From Bdellovibrionota bacterium (GTDB lineage: Bacteria; Bdellovibrionota; UBA1018; CAIPTA01; JAALKR01), in assembly GCA_965207455.1 (NCBI GenBank), contig CBDBMJ010000001.1, positions 384,001-448,000 on the forward strand: a stretch of DNA of 64,000 nucleotides, written 5' to 3'. The notes under the pieces are model-generated. The model ran no database searches and was not told where the DNA came from. It was given only the letters and a program-made list of their open reading frames with translations. A program made the translations under genes and the position numbers. Positions 9,656-19,507 of this stretch are shown piece after piece (position 1 is the first letter of the stretch; each line of letters opens with the position of its first letter).

Positions 9656-11377
9656 ATGTCTCTACAAAAAGTTATTTTGCTATTTTTATCCACAGGTCTC
9701 ATTGCTTGTGGCACGGGACAGTCCGCTCTTAGGTTACAAGCCAGAGATGATTTTTTTAAGGGCAACTTTAAGGAAGCAGAGAAAAAAATAATTACTCCCG
9801 CTGTGGTTGGAGAAACGAAGAATCGTTTTCTTACCTTAGTGGAGTTGGCTTCCATTGCCCACTACCAAGGAGACTTGGAAAAATCCAATATTTTCTTTTT
9901 TCAAGCAGAGAAGCTAGCGCAGCGTTTGTATACGGAATCTATTCGTGAAAAGGCAGCGTCCCTGCTGCTCAACAATAATGCCATTTCCTATGGAGGTACG
10001 GACTACGAGCGATCCCTTATTTATTATTATACGGTGATGAACTTTATTCTCATGAGTCAAGGGGATCACATACCTGCTTGGGAGATGCCTGAAATTCGGG
10101 AGGGCAAAAAAGTTATTTTTGCGAAAAAACTGCATAAAAAGCGCAGCCTGAGTAAAAAAGAGAAGGCAAAAATGTTGAGTCAAGCAAGTAATCAGCTTCT
10201 AGCCTGGGAGTCCTTTCTTTCAGAGGTGCGACGAAAAAATAAAGGAAAGCCTTACTATAAGGATGATTTATTAAATAAAACGTTAGCAGCCTATATCTAT
10301 CGCATGAGCAATCGATCGGGAGACACTTCTCGCATACTCTATAACGATGCTCAAAAAACTTTAGTGCGATCGTATGGAGCCTATCCCACATTCAATAAGA
10401 AAAGTTCTCAGTATGTGGACAAGTATGGTGATTTTCCTAAAATAGGTGAGAAGAGGGTGCTGAAAGAGTATATTCAAAAAACGTCGTATTTTGAAACCAC
10501 AAAGGAAGCCATACAATTTTCTCAAAAGAATTTAAAAAAACAAAAAGGAAACGTGCTGTATGTATTGGAGTATGGAATAGTACCCATAAAGAAATCTAAG
10601 CGATATGTTATCGGATTAAGTACTTTATTCAAAAATGTAAAAAATGCTAAATTACGTGCACAACTGGAACTATTGGGCCTTCAGGCAATTACCGTATTAG
10701 CTCCTGATTTTGGCTTGGTTGTTACGGGAGCGACCCTTATAGGAGATGCTGTAAAAAGAGCTAAAAGTAAACCAAAGGATAAGCCTGTACACCTATCAGA
10801 TACCACAGATCAAATCATTGGTTTTGAATTCCATTTACCCACCTTGGAAAAAGATCCAACTAAGTATCCACTTACCTTAAGTTTTATTCGGGAAAAAGAT
10901 TCCAAGGTGATTGAAAAGAAGATAGCTCTCATGAATCCTTTGAACGACATAGTGGAGTTAGATATAAATAGGAAATCAACTGCATTGGCTTTCGAAACAG
11001 GGGTTCGTGTTGGTTTGAAATATTTAGCAGCGCTGGTGCCTACCATTCTTTTATACAATAAAATAAAAGGTCCAAAGTTATTGAAGGCATTGATTGCCAC
11101 GGCTTCATGGTATGCAGCAAAAAGAATTATAGATAAATCTGAAGCGGCTGATGTTCGTGCTTGGAATTTACTTCCTAAATGGATTGGGCTTACAGAAGTG
11201 GATCTACCCAAGGGGAGGTATAAGGTTTTTATTAACGGTGGTGACGAAAAAGAAAACAAGAAATTGTTTATGGGTTCCGTGAATATAGAGAATGAAAAAG
11301 TGAAAAAGGTGCTAAGAGGTCGAATTTTTACAAAGGATTTCTTGGGGGATTCGTCGGGAGATAATATAATGAATTAG
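9656..11377 (+). CDS. COG3014-like TPR lipoprotein
   Basis: Lipobox LIAC; YGGTDYER, EAADVRAWNLLP motifs; usual neighbour of LpoB-like genes. Confidence 0.7.
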   Translation: MSLQKVILLFLSTGLIACGTGQSALRLQARDDFFKGNFKEAEKKIITPAVVGETKNRFLTLVELASIAHYQGDLEKSNIFFFQAEKLAQRLYTESIREKAASLLLNNNAISYGGTDYERSLIYYYTVMNFILMSQGDHIPAWEMPEIREGKKVIFAKKLHKKRSLSKKEKAKMLSQASNQLLAWESFLSEVRRKNKGKPYYKDDLLNKTLAAYIYRMSNRSGDTSRILYNDAQKTLVRSYGAYPTFNKKSSQYVDKYGDFPKIGEKRVLKEYIQKTSYFETTKEAIQFSQKNLKKQKGNVLYVLEYGIVPIKKSKRYVIGLSTLFKNVKNAKLRAQLELLGLQAITVLAPDFGLVVTGATLIGDAVKRAKSKPKDKPVHLSDTTDQIIGFEFHLPTLEKDPTKYPLTLSFIREKDSKVIEKKIALMNPLNDIVELDINRKSTALAFETGVRVGLKYLAALVPTILLYNKIKGPKLLKALIATASWYAAKRIIDKSEAADVRAWNLLPKWIGLTEVDLPKGRYKVFINGGDEKENKKLFMGSVNIENEKVKKVLRGRIFTKDFLGDSSGDNIMN

Positions 11378-12817
11378 ATGAATATATATCTTTGTTCGGA
11401 ATACAACGAATTGTCAGAGCGGTCAGGCATTGCTCTGTGGGACACGCTTATTTCCAACAATCGAGGTTCCGTTGTATTGGATTCAAAAATATCTGTTAAG
11501 GGAACGTATCGTTTCTTTTTAGACATCATAAAAAATTCCAGCATCAAGCTAGACAGGTTTCACTGGTACTATCCTTTTGAACTTATAGGTTCTTCGGGGG
11601 AAGGGCCTTTGGCCGAGATGCTCCACAAGCATTTGATGAATGAATTAAATATAAATAAAAATAAATTCCATGCTTGGCCTCAAGATAGGTCCAAAGCCCA
11701 GGAAGCGGTTTTGGGTTGGGAAAAAGAATTTGAAAGGGATCCACCCGTTGTTTCTGTATTGGGATTGGATGAAAATGGCGGTATTGGTTTTAATGAGCCG
11801 GGTAGTTCTTTTCTTTCTTCTACTCGACTATTAAAGCTAAAACCAGATGCCCAAGAATCCTTGAAGAAATTTTTTCCAGAAAAAACAGTGCCCAAGGAGT
11901 CTATTGGTTTAGGTATCCGAACTCTCTTGCGTTCTCAAAAAATTATCCTTATCGTCACTGGAAAAGAAAAAGCACGGGCATGGGCTAATGTGCTTCGTGG
12001 AGAAATCAGTCCAAAATATCCAGCGAGTTTTCTTCGACTTCACGATAATGTGGATGTATTTCTAGATACAGAGGCTGCATCGAACTGGCAAAATATTTCT
12101 AAACTTTCTGGAAATGAAAATCATGTTATCCGGGATATTATTGAGGGAAATATATTATTTATGTCTCCGTATTCCAATGGGGCAGGCCTAGTTGCAGGAG
12201 GCTTGTTGAGTCGATTGGCGACTATGCGAAATACAAAGATTATTAATTTTTATTCAGGCCATCGTCACCCTAGTTTGAATGGAACCCGTGAAGAAAGGAT
12301 TGAACTGCGTAGGAAGGAAAGCCTAGAGGAAGCTAAAATACTTAATTTATCCAGCTATTTCGCAGATTTTATGGGTTACGATTTCGACTACAAACTAAAT
12401 ATGCAGGACGTGGAAGCATTGAAAAAACAAATTAATGAATTCGCTCCATGCCATATTTTTATGCCAAAATTAAACCATGTTGAGTTGGGATGGTATGCTT
12501 GTACCCAACTTACGTTGAAGGCACTGGAGGGGGTAGCTATAAACCGTCCTCTATATGTCTGGTTCTATGAAACCCCTTGGAATCTTTTTCAACCGGAACA
12601 AATCAATACTTTTGTGCCGTTGAGTTCCCATGAGCTCAATAAAAAATTATGCGCTATCGGAGTGAATCACTCTCAAGTTCAACACGTTCCCTATAATGAT
12701 GTGGCAATTTCTCTGGCTCGATTTCGCGCTATTGTGTCCGAAAGGAAGCAGTTTTCTAAACAAAATAAAGAACTAAGCAAACATATAGAGTGTTTTCTAA
12801 GGGTACAGATAGCTTAG
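11378..12817 (+). CDS. NagB-like / PIG-L(LmbE)-like fusion protein with degenerate active sites
   Basis: N-half GIGFNEPGSSF, GLGIRT, GKEKA, PASFLRLH..V.VFLD.EAA; C-half R.ES.E.A.IL, YETPW, HSQV. Confidence 0.75.
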   Translation: MNIYLCSEYNELSERSGIALWDTLISNNRGSVVLDSKISVKGTYRFFLDIIKNSSIKLDRFHWYYPFELIGSSGEGPLAEMLHKHLMNELNINKNKFHAWPQDRSKAQEAVLGWEKEFERDPPVVSVLGLDENGGIGFNEPGSSFLSSTRLLKLKPDAQESLKKFFPEKTVPKESIGLGIRTLLRSQKIILIVTGKEKARAWANVLRGEISPKYPASFLRLHDNVDVFLDTEAASNWQNISKLSGNENHVIRDIIEGNILFMSPYSNGAGLVAGGLLSRLATMRNTKIINFYSGHRHPSLNGTREERIELRRKESLEEAKILNLSSYFADFMGYDFDYKLNMQDVEALKKQINEFAPCHIFMPKLNHVELGWYACTQLTLKALEGVAINRPLYVWFYETPWNLFQPEQINTFVPLSSHELNKKLCAIGVNHSQVQHVPYNDVAISLARFRAIVSERKQFSKQNKELSKHIECFLRVQIA

Positions 12818-12820
12818 TTA

Positions 12821-13141
12821 TTATATTTCTAGAGAAGATCGTGTTGAGCGGTTGCTATGAGTAGGGGATTTCTTTTTTGTATTTAGCTTCAGCATTTTTC
12901 GTACATAACGTTCTTCTTCGTTCAATAGTAATTTAGATATTCTTTCTAAAGATGCAGACGGACAAGCCTTTGTAAGTAAAATAAACTTTTTCAAAGGTAG
13001 AGTACACAGCCCCCGTTCGCAGTTGGAAATAAATTGACCGGAGTCATAACCAAGAAATGTTGCTAAGCTTAGTTGGGATAAACCAGCTTTTGAACGATGG
13101 AGTTTAATGTAATCGCCTATTTCGTCAAACCTTTTAGTCAT
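12821..13141 (-). CDS. XRE-family helix-turn-helix regulator
   Basis: R.KAGLSQ..LA..LGYDSGQFISNCERG; AAGGAG RBS before ATG 13141. Confidence 0.85.
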   Translation of the reverse strand: MTKRFDEIGDYIKLHRSKAGLSQLSLATFLGYDSGQFISNCERGLCTLPLKKFILLTKACPSASLERISKLLLNEEERYVRKMLKLNTKKKSPTHSNRSTRSSLEI

Positions 13142-13290
13142 GTCTTCTCCTTTTGTTCTGTTGAACCCTTTGCGCCCCATATGCAACCTTTTTAGCCTAT
13201 TAATGCCGATGTAGTCAAGGGTATTTATGAATAATGACTAGATTATTTTTGCTTTATACTAAAAATAATAGTTTAAGTGTATGATCAATT

Positions 13291-14115
13291 ATGCTCTGGT
13301 CTTCCCGTTTTTATACGATCCGTACTACTTTTTTTTTGCCTTTGCTACTGTTTTTTCTAAGTTGCCTTTTTTATTATGAAATTGCATTGAGTCAAATTCA
13401 TACTTCGAAAGAGGTTGACGCTGAGTGGCGATTGACCCATATTAAGCTTTCCATTGGGGTAGAGTACTTGTCCAACCTTTCTCAAAGGGGAGCTACCTTT
13501 TATGATGCGCCGCAAATTTTTCCTATCTTTGCACTAGAGATTTTTTCTCCCCAATTGCAATTGCTGGGGAGCTCTTTATTTTACCGCACCCGTCTTCGTC
13601 CTAATCTTGTTTACCGTTCTCAACTAAATACCATAAAAGATCGTGTTGTTTATAAAACTAGAGTTCCCCTTACCGATAGAAATAAAAGAGAAAAAACAAT
13701 GGAATTTAGTCAAATAATAGATTGGGAAATTCCCAACCATGGAGAAATTCGATTTTCCGCTGCTCAAGATATAAAAGCCCATGGAGGAATATATTTGTCC
13801 ACCCAATTAAGACTAGTGCCCATGTCTCTAAAGATATATTCCAAAACGATTGAGCCAGCTCTATTTATAACAATTGGAGCAGGAAGCAAAGCCCATAATC
13901 AATACCTATACGGACGGGGCGCTGAAGAGTTTTCTTTTACGGACTATTCCATTGGCTTTTCCCTGTCGTTGCCACCCACAATTGATCCATTTTTTCCGTT
14001 TTTAAAAATACAGCACTATGGAGTTTTAGGGACAAAAAATAAAAATGCTTCTCTTGTTCGAGGAGAGCCTAGGGGATGGCAGTTTTTACTTTTGGGGGCT
14101 GTGAAGGTTTTTTAA
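13291..14115 (+). CDS. Outer-membrane beta-barrel protein, MipA/OmpV-like
   Basis: Signal peptide, amphipathic strands, HNQYLYG (MipA-like N.YYYG), terminal Phe. Confidence 0.55.
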   Translation: MLWSSRFYTIRTTFFLPLLLFFLSCLFYYEIALSQIHTSKEVDAEWRLTHIKLSIGVEYLSNLSQRGATFYDAPQIFPIFALEIFSPQLQLLGSSLFYRTRLRPNLVYRSQLNTIKDRVVYKTRVPLTDRNKREKTMEFSQIIDWEIPNHGEIRFSAAQDIKAHGGIYLSTQLRLVPMSLKIYSKTIEPALFITIGAGSKAHNQYLYGRGAEEFSFTDYSIGFSLSLPPTIDPFFPFLKIQHYGVLGTKNKNASLVRGEPRGWQFLLLGAVKVF

Positions 14116-14122
14116 TTTATTC

Positions 14123-14878
14123 TTAAATTTCTAGAGCAAAGGCAATGGCTGCTGTCTCTGCATCCAGCTTGCCATTGTACAAAGAGGGTCGGAAGTGGAG
14201 CTGGAACGCCCATAAAAGATTTTCTTTTTCTTTAGAGTTTGGCTTTTGGTAACCATACGCCTCCAGCAGAGTAAAAACTTCGTTAGGGCTAGGGAGTTTT
14301 TTTTGAAATTGCTCTTCGTAGTCTAATTTTTTCTTTTCGTCGTACCAAGCACCAATGCCTTCCTTATGGAGCTTTTTCCATGGAAAAAGAGGACCTGGAT
14401 CCCCCTTTCGGGTATAGGCAATATCTGAGTGACCAATCACATTTGTGGGAACGATGCTTGGGTGTCGCTTGAGAATATCTTTACACAAACTGATGATCAA
14501 TTGAATCTGCTCTTCAGGAAATTGAGGGAGACCCGTTGTGGGAGACTGAGGGTAGGTGAACCCAGGGGCAAGGTTTACAATTTCAATTCCAATGGAAGTA
14601 TTGTTCAGGCTTTCAAATTTCTTCCAATGGCTCACACCCGCATGGAATGCTTTTTTCTCTTCGCTTACGAGATTAAATATTCGCATGTCTTCAAAGGGAT
14701 AGGTGGGGTCTGTTTGTAAGGGAATGAGGTAGTGAGCACTTACCGTTGTGGTGAGGTAGCGGATAGAGTTTTTGAAATTTTGTGCCGTATAGTGGAGCAC
14801 TAAAAATTTAGGAGCATCAGTGCGCGATCCATGGGTGGGAGAGATGTGAGTATGGGAATCTATGGGTAGAGAGTTCAT
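14123..14878 (-). CDS. N-acetylmuramoyl-L-alanine amidase (Amidase_2, AmiD-like) with C-terminal PG-binding region
   Basis: LVLHYT, VSAHYL, AFHAG, SIGIE, GHSDIA..RKGDPG; AFQLHFRP tail. Confidence 0.9.
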   Translation of the reverse strand: MNSLPIDSHTHISPTHGSRTDAPKFLVLHYTAQNFKNSIRYLTTTVSAHYLIPLQTDPTYPFEDMRIFNLVSEEKKAFHAGVSHWKKFESLNNTSIGIEIVNLAPGFTYPQSPTTGLPQFPEEQIQLIISLCKDILKRHPSIVPTNVIGHSDIAYTRKGDPGPLFPWKKLHKEGIGAWYDEKKKLDYEEQFQKKLPSPNEVFTLLEAYGYQKPNSKEKENLLWAFQLHFRPSLYNGKLDAETAAIAFALEI

Positions 14879-14934
14879 GCCTTGGTAAATAGTTTACGCT
14901 TCCTTTCCCTTAGGTGTAAAGCACTTTAAAGTAT

Positions 14935-15873
14935 TTATGAACTGCTTAAAATGGATTTCGCTTTTTCCATATCTCGATGAATTTGTTCCACTAGCTCTTT
15001 GGCACCAGGGAAGCGCTTTTCTTCTCGAATAAAATCCACAAACTGTACTTCCTGTTTCTTTCCATATACATTTCCCGTGAAATTTAAAATATGGGTTTCC
15101 ACAGTGATGGGAGGTTTTTTTTCCATTGATTGAAAAGTGGGCGCCTTGCCCACATTGGTAATGGAAAGATATTTTTTCCCATCGATCAAAGAGTAAGTAG
15201 CATAAACTCCTTGGCGAGGAATCTTCCTGTAGCCAATATCCAGATTTGTTGTGGGAACATTTATTTGAGTTCCCCTGCCATGCCCCTTTACGATAATGCC
15301 ACGAATGAAAAAATACCGCCCCAAATAGGAATGTGCTGTGCCCACTTCTCCACTCTCTAGTAGTGCGCGTATTTTGGAACTGGATACCACCACTCCATTT
15401 TTTGCGAAAGGCTCTACTTTGCATACTTTTATTCTTTCCTTTATATGAGCTTGGATAAAGTCCACAGTTCCTGTTCTGTTTTTTCCAAAAGCAAAGTCAT
15501 GGCCCAAATATAGAGTACTTACATTTAGTTTTTTTAAGAGGTAGTCCTCTAAAAATGTTTTTGGAGAAGTATTGCTGAAATCTCTGCTAAAGGGTTCTTC
15601 AATCACTAACTCTATACCGTACTTTTCTAAAAATTCCATTTTTTCGCCGTAAGTATTGATCAGTTCCGAGGATTTCTTGGGCTGGAGGGCAACCTGAGGA
15701 TGGGGACGAAAGGTGACGACTGTGGGCACACTGCTACTTTGTTTTTTTGCACATTCCACCAAGGAACGAAAAATTTTCTGGTGACCAATATGTACACCGT
15801 CGAAATTTCCCACGGTGGTCACACAGTTCTGAGAGTGCGTATCTAGATCAGCTATTCCTTGGTAAATTTTCAT
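14935..15873 (-). CDS. ribF: Bifunctional riboflavin kinase / FAD synthetase
   Basis: GNFDGVHIGH, GHDFAFG, VSSSKIR, PTTN, VETH, IREEKRF. Confidence 0.95.
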   Translation of the reverse strand: MKIYQGIADLDTHSQNCVTTVGNFDGVHIGHQKIFRSLVECAKKQSSSVPTVVTFRPHPQVALQPKKSSELINTYGEKMEFLEKYGIELVIEEPFSRDFSNTSPKTFLEDYLLKKLNVSTLYLGHDFAFGKNRTGTVDFIQAHIKERIKVCKVEPFAKNGVVVSSSKIRALLESGEVGTAHSYLGRYFFIRGIIVKGHGRGTQINVPTTNLDIGYRKIPRQGVYATYSLIDGKKYLSITNVGKAPTFQSMEKKPPITVETHILNFTGNVYGKKQEVQFVDFIREEKRFPGAKELVEQIHRDMEKAKSILSSS

Positions 15874-15886
15874 GTGTTTCGATTAC

Positions 15887-16816
15887 CTAAGAGGCTACAA
15901 AGGAGGATTTCTCTCGCTGTAACACAGTCTCTTTTACTTCCTCCGTCGCCCGTTCCTCTTTTGGACGGGTGGTGGCAATCCTATAGGCAGACTTCTTTGC
16001 CAGTAACGTACGAATGAGTGTGGTTTGTAACTCATGACCAGATTTATGGAGCTCAAAACTTCCTACGATGGGGTAACCTCCCAAGGCAAAATCCCCAATA
16101 GCGTCCAGTATTTTATGGCGTACAAATTCATCGGGAAAGCGCAAGCCCTCTGGATTCACAACTTTCTCTGGGTCCAGCAAAACTGCATTTTCCACAGAAC
16201 CTCCTAAGCCCAATCCCCTGGACTGAATGAGTTCCATTTCACTAAGAAAGCCAAAGGTGCGGCTGGGAGCAATTTCTTTTTCGTAGTCCATACTTTCGGT
16301 ATAGACAAGGTGCTGTTTTTGGATGATAGGGTGGGGAAAGTCAATAAAACATTCTATGCGTAGCTCTTCCGAGGGACGAATGCAGGCATATTTTTCACCA
16401 TCCCGTACTTCCACTTTTTCTTGAACAAATAATATTTTTTGGACTGCTTTTTGCTCTTCAATTCCAACCTTTCGGATCATGGCAAGGAATGGAGCGGAAC
16501 TACCGTCTAGTACGGGCAACTCCTCGGCATTTATGTGGCAAGCTAGGTTTGTTATTCCTAATGCATAGAGGGCGGATAGGAGGTGCTCCACGGTGGCCAC
16601 CTGTATGTGACCGTTGCCGAGTCGGGTGGCGCGCATGGTGGTATACACATTTTTTGCATTGGCAGGGACACAATTGTTTGTTTCAGTGTCGGTGCGTAGA
16701 AAATAGATACCCGTGTTCACTCCCGAAGGGTGCAGTTCTAGGTGAACGGGCTTTCCCGTGTGCAGACCAATACCGTCAATGGAAATGAGAGTCTTTATAG
16801 TTTTTTGGTACTTCAT
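15887..16816 (-). CDS. lpxC: UDP-3-O-acyl-N-acetylglucosamine deacetylase
   Basis: GIGLHTG, TVEHLLSAL, ELPVLDGS, SRTFGF, RHKILDAIGD, KSGH. Confidence 0.96.
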   Translation of the reverse strand: MKYQKTIKTLISIDGIGLHTGKPVHLELHPSGVNTGIYFLRTDTETNNCVPANAKNVYTTMRATRLGNGHIQVATVEHLLSALYALGITNLACHINAEELPVLDGSSAPFLAMIRKVGIEEQKAVQKILFVQEKVEVRDGEKYACIRPSEELRIECFIDFPHPIIQKQHLVYTESMDYEKEIAPSRTFGFLSEMELIQSRGLGLGGSVENAVLLDPEKVVNPEGLRFPDEFVRHKILDAIGDFALGGYPIVGSFELHKSGHELQTTLIRTLLAKKSAYRIATTRPKEERATEEVKETVLQREKSSFVAS

Positions 16817-16844
16817 ATTATCGCTGTACTCCGTCCTATCTCTC

Positions 16845-16860
16845 TGCAAAGGTCGTGCCA
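16845..16860 (-). promoter_or_regulatory. Sigma54 (-24/-12) promoter of lpxC
   Basis: Minus strand TGGCACGACCTTTGCA is a perfect TGGCAC-N5-TTGCA; IHF-like TTTCAAGCACTTA at 16909-16921. Confidence 0.75.
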
Positions 16861-17236
16861 GTATATAATAAGAGTTGACGCATAGAAAGGGAATAAAATA
16901 GTGATAATTTTCAAGCACTTATACCCTTACTCCTTTTCTCTCCCCAATCAAAGCACTCCTGTTTGCACAATAGGAGACACTTTGGGGCTCTCAGACTGTG
17001 GATTTTTTGGTACAAGTGAATAGTCCTCGTATGGTATTTGCTGGCATTATCCATTTTGAAGGAAGCTGTAATATACCAAAATCGCTTAAGCTGATAAAAA
17101 CAGTCGGTTTTTTTTGATGCGAAGTATAAAATAATGCTTGATTTTAAGATTGACTTAATGCACTATTTGCGTACTGACTCGATGCATGGCTCGGCTTGTC
17201 AGTGTAAATTTAATACCAACAGAAAGAAATTGTAAA

Positions 17237-17863
17237 ATGAAAAAACAAAACATAACAACAGCAACACTAGCAATGACCCTTGCCATTGGATTAACAGGAT
17301 ATACTATACCAACGTATGGGGACACGAGTTCACCCGCTAATGATACAGGTCCAGTAGTGAACCTTGACTACAGCAAAATGAAAAAGGCTTTCGAGGAGGC
17401 AGAACCAGCAAAGGCTAGTGATATTGTTGGTTGGATGAGTGGATGGTGCTTTGATAAAGAGCGTGAAGGTAGCGAAAATTACGTTGAAGCCTCAGTCCTC
17501 ACTGGCTTTTTAGATTTAGATAGGGATGGGAAGCACACATTTAGGACTTTTCTTGACGCAGAAAGCGAGGGAGCAACGTATTATGATACTGCTCGTTTCG
17601 ATGTGGAAAAGGCTCAGGCTGTTTTGGAAGAGGCTCAGGCTATTGTAAAGCGGTTTTCGATGCCATCACATGAAGCTAATGGAAGCCTTAGAATCGTTCG
17701 TCCTTTTGACGGCGAGACTAATGTAAGAATGGGAACAGTAGGGTCAGGAGCAGATACATACCTTTTGGCTAAACATGAAACAGGTTTCCCATTGGTTGAG
17801 GGTTTTTTGGGGTTTAAGATGAAAGAGAGATACTGCTATTACTTTATGAAAAAAGGATTCTAA
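17237..17863 (+). CDS. Hypothetical secreted protein
   Basis: Signal peptide MKKQNITTATLAMTLAIGL; G..SGWC near N-terminus and YCYYF near C-terminus suggest a disulfide. Confidence 0.65.
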   Translation: MKKQNITTATLAMTLAIGLTGYTIPTYGDTSSPANDTGPVVNLDYSKMKKAFEEAEPAKASDIVGWMSGWCFDKEREGSENYVEASVLTGFLDLDRDGKHTFRTFLDAESEGATYYDTARFDVEKAQAVLEEAQAIVKRFSMPSHEANGSLRIVRPFDGETNVRMGTVGSGADTYLLAKHETGFPLVEGFLGFKMKERYCYYFMKKGF

Positions 17864-18067
17864 CAGCAAAGAACAGATTTGATGCGTCATGCCTTTTGCT
17901 GAATTGAAAGCATTTTAAAGCGTCCCTATTTCTGTGTGACCGGAACGTGATCGACTCCTTTTGATATTTAGTGGTTGGGATTTTTTTCCTTATTGCTGTT
18001 AGTACTTGGTTAGTGAAAGAATATGCTCAATATGCTAAAGAAATAGGGAAAAGAGGTTTTATAAATT

Positions 18068-19507
18068 ATGAGTGAAATTAATAAGCAGACAATACTGGAG
18101 GCCCTGCAGGGAGTCCGTGATCCAAAGACACAGAAAGATATTGTAACGTTAGGTTGGGTGGGTAACGTGGATACCCGCTTTGGAAATGTTTCCATTACGT
18201 TGCACGCTCCAAAGGAGAGCAATCAGGAAGATTTGCGGAGTGTTGTGGTGGGTGTGGTAAAGCAGATTCCTGGTGTACAGGCAGTGCTACCGAGTTTTAG
18301 CAAGAAGCCGCCACCTAGGGCAAGTCGTTTGTCGTCCACAGGAGACCTTTCTCGTATTCAGAATATTATTGCCATTGGTTCGGGCAAGGGTGGGGTGGGA
18401 AAGTCCACCAGTGCGGTGAACATCGCCTTAGGAGTGGCTCAAAAGGGCTATAAGGTGGGTTTGTTGGATGCGGATATCTATGGTCCCTCTGTTCCCACCA
18501 TGTTAGCTAAGGGGTTGGAATCCACTGCTGGAGTGAAAACTCAAGGGGAGAAGCTCATTCCATTTGAAATGTATGGAATCAAGGTTATTTCGTTAGCGAT
18601 GTTAATAGATAAAAATCAGCCCACGGTATGGCGAGCGCCCATTGCTACGAAGATGATTCACCAGTTTTTAAATGGGGTTGTTTGGGGCGATTTAGATTTT
18701 TTATTTATTGATTTGCCGCCGGGGACGGGAGACATTCAGTTGACCTTAGCTCAGCAGGCAAACATTACAGGAGCCATTGTGGTGACCACGCCACAGCGGG
18801 TGGCTTTAAATATTGCGGAGAAGGGTCTCTTGATGTTTCAGCACCTGCATGTGCCTATTTTGGGAATTTTAGAGAATATGAGTGGTTTTGCTTGTGGATC
18901 TTGTGGGAGTGTTACGCCTATTTTTGGAGAAAAGGGTGCGCGTGAGTTATCCATGAAAAATTCTGTGCCTGTTTTGGGAGAGATTCCCTTGGACGTGGAG
19001 CTAATGCGCAGTGGAGATTTGGGCAAGCCCATTATTTTAAGCGACCCTCAGGCTCCTTCTGCCCAAGCCTATATGACCACGGTCGAGGCTCTTTTAAAGG
19101 CGTTGAGCACTTCGGAAGAGGATAAAACCTTGGCTCCCTTAGCTGTGGAGAGTATACCCAACGACCCTGAAAATAATCAGAAACATAGTATTGCTATTTA
19201 TTGGACCGACGGAATGAAGTACGTCTACGATTGTTTGGATCTTCGTTTGGGTTGCCCTTGTGCTGGTTGTGTGGATGAGTTGACGAAGGAAAGAAAGATT
19301 CAAGCAAAGGATATTAACTCTGATATTTATATTGAAAAAGCGCTTCCCGTGGGTCGTTATGGTTTAAACATAATATGGACGGACGGTCACTCCACGGGTA
19401 TTTATACCTATACGAGTTTGAGAGATTTAAACTGTCGAAAGGTCAAGGAAAGTCCCCATGTACCCAAAGCACACGAGCAGGATGCGGGTGAACATGCGCG
19501 AGTATAG
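18068..19507 (+). CDS. Mrp/NBP35 Fe-S carrier ATPase with N-terminal DUF59 and C-terminal DUF971 domains
   Basis: GSGKGGVGKST, DADIYGPS, DLPPGTGD, ENMS..C..C; N-terminal V.DP...DIV.LG; C-terminal LRLGCPCAGC...GRYG..I.WTDGHSTGIY. Confidence 0.9.
   Translation: MSEINKQTILEALQGVRDPKTQKDIVTLGWVGNVDTRFGNVSITLHAPKESNQEDLRSVVVGVVKQIPGVQAVLPSFSKKPPPRASRLSSTGDLSRIQNIIAIGSGKGGVGKSTSAVNIALGVAQKGYKVGLLDADIYGPSVPTMLAKGLESTAGVKTQGEKLIPFEMYGIKVISLAMLIDKNQPTVWRAPIATKMIHQFLNGVVWGDLDFLFIDLPPGTGDIQLTLAQQANITGAIVVTTPQRVALNIAEKGLLMFQHLHVPILGILENMSGFACGSCGSVTPIFGEKGARELSMKNSVPVLGEIPLDVELMRSGDLGKPIILSDPQAPSAQAYMTTVEALLKALSTSEEDKTLAPLAVESIPNDPENNQKHSIAIYWTDGMKYVYDCLDLRLGCPCAGCVDELTKERKIQAKDINSDIYIEKALPVGRYGLNIIWTDGHSTGIYTYTSLRDLNCRKVKESPHVPKAHEQDAGEHARV

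Noticed and set aside
14429..16788. Overlapping alternative-frame ORFs (14429, 14894, 15130, 16489) and similar ones across the window
   Set aside because: They lie within well-supported genes and show no independent motifs.
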